A stretch of 64,000 nucleotides of DNA, from positions 256,001 to 320,000 of the forward strand of contig JAWAJB010000001.1 in assembly GCA_038888155.1 (NCBI GenBank), given 5' to 3'. Shown piece by piece: positions 28,154-36,757 of this stretch. The stretch comes from Desulfurococcaceae archaeon. GTDB lineage: Archaea; Thermoproteota; Thermoprotei_A; Sulfolobales; Desulfurococcaceae. A program made the position numbers and the translations under genes. Each line of letters begins with the position of its first letter. Position 1 is the stretch's first letter. The notes under the pieces are model-generated. The model was not told where the DNA came from. It did not search any database and saw only the letters and a program-made list of their open reading frames with translations.

Positions 28154-30004
28154 ATGGTAAACTCCGGTAGAGAGGATAATAAAGCAATCGTTGGCGTCGA
28201 GGTCAAGGAGCTGAGGCCCCTGGTTCTCGCGCGAAACGAGGGCTGGTTCAAGCTCGGGAACGCCTACGTTGTTCTGAGGTTCTCGAAGGATAGGACAGTT
28301 AAGGTAACCGTGATCAATGGGGACGGCGTTGCTGGCGGCTACGTCATATATAGTAATGTGAATTGCTCCATTACTCAGATAGTTGTCGACGGAGTTGACA
28401 TATGCAACGAGTTGGTGAAGGTTATAAACAACTACAACGAGCTCGTTGAGCAGTACGAGCTAGTTGAGAGAGCCAAAGCCGCGAGGATTTTGGACGATAG
28501 AATGGTTCCGAGAATGCCGAGGGAGTTCAACGTACTGCTCTACTCTCTCACGAAGAAGGTCCTGGACACGAGGATCGTTAAGACGTTCTACATATACGAG
28601 GGAGCCAGGGAGGTTGTCCTGGGGATCTACTGCTACGATGGAGGCTACTACCGGGAGTGCGAGGAAACGCTGAAGAACGAGCTGACGAAGGTCGTTGCAG
28701 ACAGCGGATTATTGGAAATGCAACTGGCTCCGACCGTTGCTGGCCTTGTTGTCAAGAACATAGAGATGAGGACAATGGAGTACTACAGCCCTGCCAGGCG
28801 TTGCCTACTGTTTAAGAACAAAGTATTCTGCTGGGACCAATTCCTAGAGACAAAGGATATAGAGAAATCACTTATGGAGCCAAGCCCAGATTTAATTGTT
28901 ACACACAAGGTACCGTGGGAGCTGAAGCCCGACATACTGAAGAAAGCCCGAGAAGGATTGCTCAAGTACGTGCCCCCCAAAGACATCAATGATCTAGTTG
29001 AGTTGTTCAAGGCGCTAGCACCAAAAAGCTTCAAGGCGTTCCTGAACTGGGTTAAGAAGCCTGGCGAGGACGAGAAGGATGCTTATCCAAGAGTAGTATT
29101 ACTACTAGAAATAATAGGATATACTTTGTACCCGCACGACTACCCCTTCCACAAGGCAATCCTGCTCGTTGGAGAGGGCTCCAATGGGAAATCAACTTAC
29201 CTGAAACTTATTGAGACAATACTGTCGAAGGCAAACGTGTCAAACGTGAGCTTATCGGATCTGGACCCGCTGATAAACCGCTTCGCCGCGGCGGATCTCT
29301 ACAACAAACTGGCTAACATCTCGAGCGAGCCCCCGAAGAGGGCGTTCGAACCAACGCTGTTCAAGATGCTGACGGGCGAGGACTTGGTCAGGATGGAGCG
29401 GAAGTTCAGAGATTCTTTTAACGCATACAACTACGCGAAGATGATATTCGCAGCGAATGAGCTCCCACAGATCACAGAGGATACATACGCGTATTGGAGG
29501 AGATGGATAGTGATAGAGTTCCCGAACAGATTCGACCCAGACCCCACATTTTTCGAGAGAACGTTCACGCCCGATGAGATTGAAGTAATCATACTGCTGG
29601 CGCTACACGCCTTCCGATTAGTCCTCGAGAGAAAAGCGTTCTCGGAGTCAGGTGTCGAAGACGTTAGAGAAGAGTGGTTGAGCAGAGCTAACCCAGTCTA
29701 CAGAGTCGTGAAGAGAATGCTTGACGACGGAATCATAGAGCTGGATCCCAAAGGCGTAGTAGTAAAGTCGGACCTGTACCAGCTCTACAAGAAGTACGTT
29801 GATGTATTGAATGACGAAGGATACGAGCCACCCGTGCTAGAGCAGAAGGACTTCACCAAGAGCTTGACACGGTACTTCCCGATCAGAAGCGGGTCTACTC
29901 GGATTCTGGGGAGAGGTAAAAACGTCTACTTCAGTGTTAAAATAAAGAACTACGACAAAGCACTCGAGCTGACGGGGCGTCTTGAAACACCAAGAGGTCT
30001 GTAA
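28154..30004 (+). CDS. superfamily 3 helicase (D5/P4 plasmid primase C-terminal type)
   Basis: LLVGEGSNGKST Walker A, KLANISSE, FKMLTGED, IFAANELP, AYWRRW, C-terminal wHTH. Confidence 0.9.
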   Translation: MVNSGREDNKAIVGVEVKELRPLVLARNEGWFKLGNAYVVLRFSKDRTVKVTVINGDGVAGGYVIYSNVNCSITQIVVDGVDICNELVKVINNYNELVEQYELVERAKAARILDDRMVPRMPREFNVLLYSLTKKVLDTRIVKTFYIYEGAREVVLGIYCYDGGYYRECEETLKNELTKVVADSGLLEMQLAPTVAGLVVKNIEMRTMEYYSPARRCLLFKNKVFCWDQFLETKDIEKSLMEPSPDLIVTHKVPWELKPDILKKAREGLLKYVPPKDINDLVELFKALAPKSFKAFLNWVKKPGEDEKDAYPRVVLLLEIIGYTLYPHDYPFHKAILLVGEGSNGKSTYLKLIETILSKANVSNVSLSDLDPLINRFAAADLYNKLANISSEPPKRAFEPTLFKMLTGEDLVRMERKFRDSFNAYNYAKMIFAANELPQITEDTYAYWRRWIVIEFPNRFDPDPTFFERTFTPDEIEVIILLALHAFRLVLERKAFSESGVEDVREEWLSRANPVYRVVKRMLDDGIIELDPKGVVVKSDLYQLYKKYVDVLNDEGYEPPVLEQKDFTKSLTRYFPIRSGSTRILGRGKNVYFSVKIKNYDKALELTGRLETPRGL

Positions 30005-30022
30005 ATAGGGGTCTGCCATGAT

Positions 30023-30119
30023 TGCAATTACTGAGTTTCAACTCTTTACCCCCTATACCCCACCCCTCTGCAAAACCACCCCCCTATACGGGGTAAAGAC
30101 TCAAAAATCAGTAATTGCA
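30023..30119. other. long imperfect inverted repeat, candidate replication origin
   Basis: TGCAATTACTGA(30023)/TCAGTAATTGCA(30108) and TCTTTACCCC(30043)/GGGGTAAAGA(30090); internal direct repeat CCCCCTATAC. Confidence 0.6.
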
Positions 30120-30186
30120 GAGTTTATAAACTTTTCGCTACTGTTCACATTACAGCGTTTCATGAGATGTACAGGTGTTATACAGT

Positions 30187-31227
30187 ATGGGCAAGCTTGA
30201 TTTCATAGAGTATCTGAGGGAGTACTTTAGGGGTCCTACGGGGTTGGCGGAGGATCGTGAGTTGTTCATCTGCAGGGGGGATCCTGCTAGTAGTAGGGTT
30301 AAGGACAGGGGGGTTGTCTGGCTCCACGGCTTGGACGCCTACCTATCTACATATGTTAAATCACTGAGAAGGCTCAAGGAGCGGAACATCTACATGGGGG
30401 TTGGTTTTCTATCGGAGCATGGGGAGACGGCTCCTGTAGTTGATAAGATGCTGTACGATCGCCTCAGCTTCGACTTCGACAGCGAAGACAACCCAACTAA
30501 CGCGGTTGTGGAAGCCCTCGGGTTTGCCCAGTACATCAGCACGAAGTACAAAGCGACACCGATCGTGTTCGAGACTGGCTTCAAGGGTGCACACGTTGTT
30601 GTACCATTATCTAAGCCCGTGGACTGGGAGGGCTACCAGTTGCTGTGGAAGCACCTCTACGGCGAGATACCCCTTGAAACAAGGAAGCTCGTGGATGTAA
30701 ACATGCTTCAATGGAACCGCGTTGATAGAGTACCCTTAACCTACAACGTCAAGGAGAACGATGCTAGGTTCTGCAGAGTCATCTACCCGAGAGAGTTCTC
30801 CTGGGGGGACTTCAGCTGGAGGGAGCTCAAGCCTCTTGACCCAGCTAGCGTTAGACCAGTCAAGATAGTAGTTCCCCAGGTCGTTAAACCCAAGATCATC
30901 GCTTCTACTAAGCACGAGAGCTCCTGGGTTTGGGAAGTGGTTGAATCCGGTCTGCCGGATGGGCGCAAAAGGTTCATACTATACGTGTTAATACCGTACT
31001 TAGTCAACATCGTTAACAAGAGCGAGGACGAGGTTCTCGAGGTGTGCAGAGAGTTCCTGGAGAACAGTTGCAGAAACCACGGGAAGTGCAGCAAGGTCTA
31101 CGACTCGTGGATACGCTCGGTTATCAGGAGCGCGAGGAGCAGGAAGTTCAACGGCTTTAGCCTAGAGAAGTTCAAGGATAAAAACCAGGACGTCAAAGAT
31201 GTCGTTGAGAAGCTGTTGGGCGAGTAG
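30187..31227 (+). CDS. archaeo-eukaryotic primase-polymerase with C-terminal PriX-like domain
   Basis: FDFDSED (DxD), ETGFKGAHV motif II, RVDRVPLTYN; C-terminal DGRKRFILYV..YLVN..YDSWIRSV. Confidence 0.82.
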   Translation: MGKLDFIEYLREYFRGPTGLAEDRELFICRGDPASSRVKDRGVVWLHGLDAYLSTYVKSLRRLKERNIYMGVGFLSEHGETAPVVDKMLYDRLSFDFDSEDNPTNAVVEALGFAQYISTKYKATPIVFETGFKGAHVVVPLSKPVDWEGYQLLWKHLYGEIPLETRKLVDVNMLQWNRVDRVPLTYNVKENDARFCRVIYPREFSWGDFSWRELKPLDPASVRPVKIVVPQVVKPKIIASTKHESSWVWEVVESGLPDGRKRFILYVLIPYLVNIVNKSEDEVLEVCREFLENSCRNHGKCSKVYDSWIRSVIRSARSRKFNGFSLEKFKDKNQDVKDVVEKLLGE

Positions 31228-31230
31228 AGC

Positions 31231-31671
31231 ATGGGCGTTGAACCCCTCCACAGGGGTTTTCTGAGGAGGTTTGAAAACCACGACGCTAAGTCAAGGGACT
31301 ACGGGGTCAAGCCACCGGTTCTCTCCGAGTGGTGGAGCAGGGTTCTCGAGTCTTACCGGAACGGGTTTAGATGTGAGTACTGCGGCAGGCAATTGAAGCT
31401 TGAAGGGAGTCCTGACGACCCAGACCTCTGGACAATAGACCACAGGATCCCACTGAAGCTCGGTGGGGACAACAGTGCGGGAAACATAGCAGTAGTCTGC
31501 AACAGGTGCAACCGGGCAAAGTCCTCCTTACCCGCAGACCTCTACCTTAAGCTACTGGACGCTGTTAGAAAAGTATACGGCGAAGATGTCCTCGAGCAAA
31601 TCCTCTACTACTTGTCAATACCCGGTAAAGCCAAGAAGGTTGAAACTTGGAGCCGGGCAAAACATAGCTAG
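31231..31671 (+). CDS. HNH endonuclease
   Basis: CEYCG..TIDHRIPLKLGG.N...N....CNRCNRAK. Confidence 0.9.
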   Translation: MGVEPLHRGFLRRFENHDAKSRDYGVKPPVLSEWWSRVLESYRNGFRCEYCGRQLKLEGSPDDPDLWTIDHRIPLKLGGDNSAGNIAVVCNRCNRAKSSLPADLYLKLLDAVRKVYGEDVLEQILYYLSIPGKAKKVETWSRAKHS

Positions 31672-31713
31672 CAAAACATCTCATGTTTCCAAATTTGGAT
31701 ACCCAGGTCTTGT

Positions 31714-31929
31714 TTAAACCGCTTTAACCCACGTAGCATCAGCCTTCATTCTCGCTTCTACCACTAGTGATCTGATCTCGTCTAGTTCTCTGTGAACCCA
31801 GTAGAGCCTTGACCGTAGCCGCTACGGCGCGAGCTCTATTCTTCTCTGCAGCTCGTCTATTCTGTCAATGCACTCCTCGAGGACGCGGACTACCTCCTCG
31901 ATAAGCCAGCACCTCTCACTAGAAGACAT
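31714..31929 (-). pseudogene. small coiled-coil gene interrupted by an in-frame TAG
   Basis: MSSSERCWLIEEVVRVLEECIDRIDELQRRIELAP*RLRSRLYWVHRELDEIRSLVVEARMKADATWVKAV. Confidence 0.45.
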
Positions 31930-32183
31930 AGAGGCTTAAAAAGCAGAAGCACAAAAGCACAAGCTCGTGCAAACCGGGGATCAATGCTTCTGCCACGCCC
32001 CATATAACAGATCGTGTGAATGGTATCCAAATTTGGATACGGTTCCGAGGTTTCTTCCCGCACTCGGTATTAATCGAAAACACGTGAATAAATACTATCA
32101 AAGTATTCAAGTGAATGCTTTGTGGAAAATCAGTCAGGTAACCTGATGCGGTTTTCCTTGACTACCGACCAAGATCCCGGGTT

Positions 32184-32474
32184 TCAATACACTTCCTCCC
32201 CCTCCTCTTCCTCTTCCATCTTTTCTTCCGCTACCCCCTCTGCTTTTGCTTCTCCGAGCTCGTTGAGCCATGTTCCATGTTCAACGATAGCTTTGTACTC
32301 GTCATCCGTGATACCCAGAATTCTCTTCAACTCGTCCTCCAGTTGGCTTCCATGGTTTCTGAAGATATCCTCGGCGACAGTGTTCAGGTCTCCACTATGG
32401 TGAGAAGCAATTACCTCCACTATCCTCCACGCACTACACTCCAGTAGTGCTCGCGATATGGGCGGAGATTGGGA
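32184..32474 (-). pseudogene. orphan C-terminal fragment resembling the end of a type IIG R-M protein
   Basis: Open frame without a convincing start; LEDELKRILGITDDEYKAIVE plus acidic tail. Confidence 0.35.
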
Positions 32475-32478
32475 TTAT

Positions 32479-33582
32479 TTATGGATGTGGATTCTTCACG
32501 CTTTCTCGGTCTTCGTTTTCTTGAGAATTTTTTTGAGGAGACGAGACCAGATTTAATGCGTCTTTTAATTTCTCTTTATCGACATAACCGTCAAGAATAC
32601 GCACAATCTCTTTGAACTCGGGTCTTAAAGCGAGATGCCTAAAGGCGATTTCCTGGTTCGAATACTTGCTCCACGCTATTTTCCTAGATAGTTGACTGGA
32701 GAGATCCGATATCTTTCTTCTAATGTCCTCTGGTACGGTCTTCCAGGATAAGCCGGCTACGATGATCGCTATCGCAGGCCTAGCGAACTGATCTCTTATA
32801 AACGACCTTCCTATCTCAATAACCTTATAAGCTAGGTAGTTCAACACACCCGCGTAGTAGTAGGCTTGGTCCTGGTTTTCGCACTCTAGATATGCGACAT
32901 GGCTTTCGGATACTGCTTTCGTGAGGTCCGTTGGTACGCATGCTGAGAACGTCCTCTGACATCTGTATATTACATAGTAGCGATTTTCGTCGAACATATC
33001 TATAAATGTCTTAAGCTCCGTAATTAGGGCATTAAGGTAGTTGAAGTCTCTTTGAGGCATTGCGTTTCGATTTAGCTCCACGAGGGTTTTCAGGAACTTC
33101 TTTAGGTCTTCATCGCCTCTCTTCGAGAGCAGAACGTTGTAAGTTCTGCAGCTGAACGGGTTTACCAGGCCCCTGTAGTATATTTTGTAGATGTCAACAC
33201 CATACCTGTTCATTAAGTCGATCGGTACGTTGTACGACTTGGTGAGGTTGCAGAGTCTAATGGATACGATTCCGCTCTTCGTACTGTACTGCTCTACAAT
33301 AAGTCCTGCGTACCCCGATTTACCCTTCTTCTTCTCACCTCCGAATAAACCCATTATGTAGCCTCCTTTTGGAACAACTCTTAGAACACCTAGTTCTCTT
33401 GCTATTCTCTCTGAGTCTTCCACAGCCCATGAAACCATTGGAGCAATGTAGTCGTCGTAGCTTGACTTAAGCTCCTCTATTTTCAATAAACTCTCTACTT
33501 CTTCTAGTGTCTTATTCTTTGAAATCCTTGAACTAGCTGTCTCCGCTGTGATCCTCAGTAGCTTAACCGGCACGCATCTCAC
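32479..33582 (-). CDS. putative target-recognition (specificity) subunit of the adjacent R-M system
   Basis: Overlaps MTase 3' end; YYVIYRCQR..AYYYAGVLN TRD-like pattern; GGTGA SD precedes an internal GTG (PVKLL). Confidence 0.6.
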   Translation of the reverse strand: MRCVPVKLLRITAETASSRISKNKTLEEVESLLKIEELKSSYDDYIAPMVSWAVEDSERIARELGVLRVVPKGGYIMGLFGGEKKKGKSGYAGLIVEQYSTKSGIVSIRLCNLTKSYNVPIDLMNRYGVDIYKIYYRGLVNPFSCRTYNVLLSKRGDEDLKKFLKTLVELNRNAMPQRDFNYLNALITELKTFIDMFDENRYYVIYRCQRTFSACVPTDLTKAVSESHVAYLECENQDQAYYYAGVLNYLAYKVIEIGRSFIRDQFARPAIAIIVAGLSWKTVPEDIRRKISDLSSQLSRKIAWSKYSNQEIAFRHLALRPEFKEIVRILDGYVDKEKLKDALNLVSSPQKNSQENEDRESVKNPHP

Positions 33583-35764
33583 CGGAGTATATCTTCTCCA
33601 TGATCTTTTTAACTACAACTACTGCGGGGTAGTTTCCATGCCCAAACGCATCGTAGTCAACGTCTATTAGCTTAACATCGCACTTTTCGAAGCTACTTCC
33701 ACAGATCTTCTCGATAATAGCGTAGGTTAAAAGAACGCCAGATCTCATCGGGCTTCTGGCATAGAACGACTGTTCTCTCGGCATCACGAATCCAACGCCC
33801 TCTTGTGCTATCTCAAGCGCTTTGTAAAGGGACATGCAGGCTACATCGGAACCGGTGACAACGGATGCCACTCTTTTTGCGTCGATCTTCAACACGTCAT
33901 TTAGGATTTTTTTGGCTTTTTCCCTGATAGACTCAATGTAAGTGGACTTATACCTAGTCATCGGAACCCAGGGTGGATTGGTAATTATCACGTGCGGTTT
34001 GAGAACTGTGGCCATGGATGGCATGATAGATGAAATTATGGTTGTAGCCCAGACACCGTTACCATACTTCTTTACCAACGTGCTCAACTTCTGAACAAAA
34101 TCGGTTTCATCTACTATTTTTTCAAACACATGCACCAGAAGATCTTCCTCTCTCAGATTCCTCAGATTCTTCAGCAGGTAATCTTTCAGCTCGTTCTCGA
34201 AACCCTCGTTGCTGGACAGGGAGATCTTTATACCAAGTGCGAGCAGTTGCTCTATCCTTGAGAGGGAAGTTAATAGTCGAAGGGGGTCCATCCGAGCGAA
34301 CGCAGATCCTTGCTCAATTTTCTTTGCATTAACGTGACTAATGACCGTGTTCACCACTCTCGTGTACTCCGGGTCCTTAAGGTCGAGGGCTTCTCCACCG
34401 TACCAAGCTGCGAGTGTGTCGGTGTGGTATATGCGTGGAGGAGATGGAGGGTTTTTTCCTGATACTCTACGAAAGGCAATTATCAGCTCAGCCCTAGCGA
34501 TAGCTACTGCGAGGGGGTTTACGTCGAACCCTACTAGTTCCTCGTAGGCGTTCTCCGGCTCTTCCTTTTCCTCATAGACTTTTCTGTAGAACGCTCTCAC
34601 CAGGAATGTTCCTGAACCGCAAAATGGGTCCATGACCAGCTTACCCTTGAGCTTGAATTCTTTTAGAATCATGTCTACTATCCACAGCGGTGTGTAGTAT
34701 TCACCTATTCTCCTGCGGGTCTCAGGCTCTACGAGAAACTCGTATAACTCTCTAAAGACATCTTCACCGGAGCCGAGCTCCCAGTCAACGAGGCGAGCTC
34801 TAGCAACCACTTCCTCGGCTACGTTCTCCACCTTGCTCTTGTATTCCTCTTTCATCTCTGGATGCGCTATCTTCCACCAGTTAAGGTATGGGAGTGCTAT
34901 GTCCAAGCTGTTACTATTAAAGGTCAGCAGAACACCGCTGCAAAGGTCGATTGGTTCGCCTACCAGTTTCAGTGCAGCTGCGAGACTAGCCATGACCATC
35001 ATGTGCATGAGGGTGTGTTTGACGAAGAGGTCTGCGTAGAAGCCCTCACCTACTGATTCGTCCTCACCATCCGACCTGTCTTCACCATAGAGTTGCTTCA
35101 TGATCTTCTTGTAAGCTTCGAAGAGGGGTCTTACTTTATCGTTTTCTCTAATACTATCGAACACTTCGCGCAACTCCTTGATCAACTTATCTGCGTTTAC
35201 AGTGTACAATGCCTCTATTGAGGCTGGATGTGGAGGTATTTTCAGGGCCTCCACTTTATCGGTGATTATTTGCTTTAGTACACTTACGGCTCCACTTCCT
35301 CCGTCTTCGTATATCCTCTCAAGTTTTATCTTGGGATCCCTCTGAACTCTGTAAATTCGCCATGAATCATAGTTTGTTACTACAAAGTACTCTACTTTCT
35401 TGAGGTGTGGTAAGTACTTGCTTGTAGCGTTCTCCACGGCCTGATCGAACTCTCTCTCACTGGACTTGTAATCAAACGCTATCGTTCCTCCAAACACAGC
35501 ATCAACTCTATACCTCTCGCTTCCAACGTACACCTCTTGAGGCATTAGAACTACAATGCCCTCCGAGACTTTGTCCTCGAGAAGGGATTGAAGAAGAACG
35601 AGCTCAAGACTCGGTTTAATCTTGGATCTCTCTCTTACAATACTTCTAAGAATGTTTATCAGTTCCATAGATACCTGCAACCTAACATTCTCATGCCAAG
35701 CTAATTTGCTACTGGACTTAACCTGGTCAAAACTAATGTATTTGTTATGTGTCACACTCGACAC
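33563..35764 (-). CDS. type IIG-like restriction endonuclease / N6-adenine methyltransferase fusion
   Basis: N-terminal RVDAV..AFDYK nuclease motif and VTNYDSW; GEYYTP, DPFCGSGTF, NPPW MTase motifs. Confidence 0.88.
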   Translation of the reverse strand: MSSVTHNKYISFDQVKSSSKLAWHENVRLQVSMELINILRSIVRERSKIKPSLELVLLQSLLEDKVSEGIVVLMPQEVYVGSERYRVDAVFGGTIAFDYKSSEREFDQAVENATSKYLPHLKKVEYFVVTNYDSWRIYRVQRDPKIKLERIYEDGGSGAVSVLKQIITDKVEALKIPPHPASIEALYTVNADKLIKELREVFDSIRENDKVRPLFEAYKKIMKQLYGEDRSDGEDESVGEGFYADLFVKHTLMHMMVMASLAAALKLVGEPIDLCSGVLLTFNSNSLDIALPYLNWWKIAHPEMKEEYKSKVENVAEEVVARARLVDWELGSGEDVFRELYEFLVEPETRRRIGEYYTPLWIVDMILKEFKLKGKLVMDPFCGSGTFLVRAFYRKVYEEKEEPENAYEELVGFDVNPLAVAIARAELIIAFRRVSGKNPPSPPRIYHTDTLAAWYGGEALDLKDPEYTRVVNTVISHVNAKKIEQGSAFARMDPLRLLTSLSRIEQLLALGIKISLSSNEGFENELKDYLLKNLRNLREEDLLVHVFEKIVDETDFVQKLSTLVKKYGNGVWATTIISSIMPSMATVLKPHVIITNPPWVPMTRYKSTYIESIREKAKKILNDVLKIDAKRVASVVTGSDVACMSLYKALEIAQEGVGFVMPREQSFYARSPMRSGVLLTYAIIEKICGSSFEKCDVKLIDVDYDAFGHGNYPAVVVVKKIMEKIYSGEMRAG

Positions 35765-35767
35765 CGT

Positions 35768-35965
35768 TTATTTTCTGGGTTTCATCTTGACTACAAAAAC
35801 TGTGTGCTTACCCCTCGGCGAAGTACCCTCATAGTGGTTGAACACGCCTTTACACTTAGGGCACTCGAGCATTCTGACCTCGTAGAACCCGTACCTCCAG
35901 GGCTCCCGCAGTAGCTTAAAGCTGCTTGCATCGGATTCGAAACTGCAGAACGGGCACTTAACCAC
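35768..35965 (-). CDS. small Zn-ribbon protein (CPFC..CPKC)
   Basis: GTG at 35965 with GAGGTGA SD; VKCPFC..WRYGFYEVRMLECPKCKGVF. Confidence 0.7.
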   Translation of the reverse strand: MVKCPFCSFESDASSFKLLREPWRYGFYEVRMLECPKCKGVFNHYEGTSPRGKHTVFVVKMKPRK

Positions 35966-35970
35966 GCTGC

Positions 35971-36120
35971 TCACCTCTGCGCTTTCCTGATGTGGATTGC
36001 ACTGTTCTCGAAAACCCACTCGATCTCATCGTTCTCCCTCAGCTCAAGGAGCTTGCGAACCTCCCTGGGAACAGTTGCCCCGTAGTACCCGCCGATCCCG
36101 GTTCGAGCCACAACGAGCAT
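35971..36120 (-). CDS. AbrB/MazE/SpoVT-family DNA-binding protein (49 aa)
   Basis: ATVPREVRKLLELRENDEIEWV..IHIRKA. Confidence 0.75.
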   Translation of the reverse strand: MLVVARTGIGGYYGATVPREVRKLLELRENDEIEWVFENSAIHIRKAQR

Positions 36121-36388
36121 AAACCCTGCAGCACCCACTATAGAAAACCCCCGCTCAAGCATAAAACCTTTCACAAAGACAAACAAGCACAAAACAGGAC
36201 AAACCAAGCAGAAAGCAAACAAAACAATTGGGTGAAGACACGGCAACTTTGTCCCAACGCGTTCTGATTGACTCCACACTGTTAGAATGAGTCAGCGCAG
36301 TGTATAACGCCGTGCAACACGTCTCTACAACTGTGTAACAGCAATAGTACTGTTTTAAAACGGTTTCTATATACTACGGGTGAGCTGA

Positions 36389-36757
36389 GTGCCGAGGAGA
36401 CCTAGGAGAGAGGTTGACTACGAGTACAGTGTGAAAGCCTTGATGAGCAAAGACGAGAGAAAAGAGATCGTCGCGGCAATACTCGAAACACTGGCCAAGG
36501 AGCCCTTGACGACAAGCGAGGTCTCCCGCCGGGTCATCGCGGCGATGGGTAAACCGGTTCCAAGGTGGAGGATATACAGGACGCTACGGCTCCTCGAGAA
36601 GTACGGCTTCGTGAAGGCGAGGAAAATAATGTTCGAGAAGCAGTTGCTCTGGTGCACTACCGAGAGAACTGAATCGCTGCTGAGTACACTTCGCGGCCAT
36701 CGGGATCATACACAACAACCCTCCCATCGCGCACGGCAACAAAGTAGCCAGCACTGA
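36389..36757 (+). CDS. winged-HTH (PadR/ArsR-like) DNA-binding protein
   Basis: AILETLAKEPLTTSEVSRR..RIYRTLRLLEKYGFVKA. Confidence 0.75.
   Translation: MPRRPRREVDYEYSVKALMSKDERKEIVAAILETLAKEPLTTSEVSRRVIAAMGKPVPRWRIYRTLRLLEKYGFVKARKIMFEKQLLWCTTERTESLLSTLRGHRDHTQQPSHRARQQSSQH

Noticed and set aside
31714-31929. In-frame TAG as pyrrolysine/readthrough
   Set aside because: No Pyl machinery seen or expected in this lineage; a nonsense mutation in an element gene is simpler
33563-33620. Frameshifted single type IIG gene
   Set aside because: The second ORF has its own GGTGA SD and GTG, so two genes is at least as plausible; not called a pseudogene
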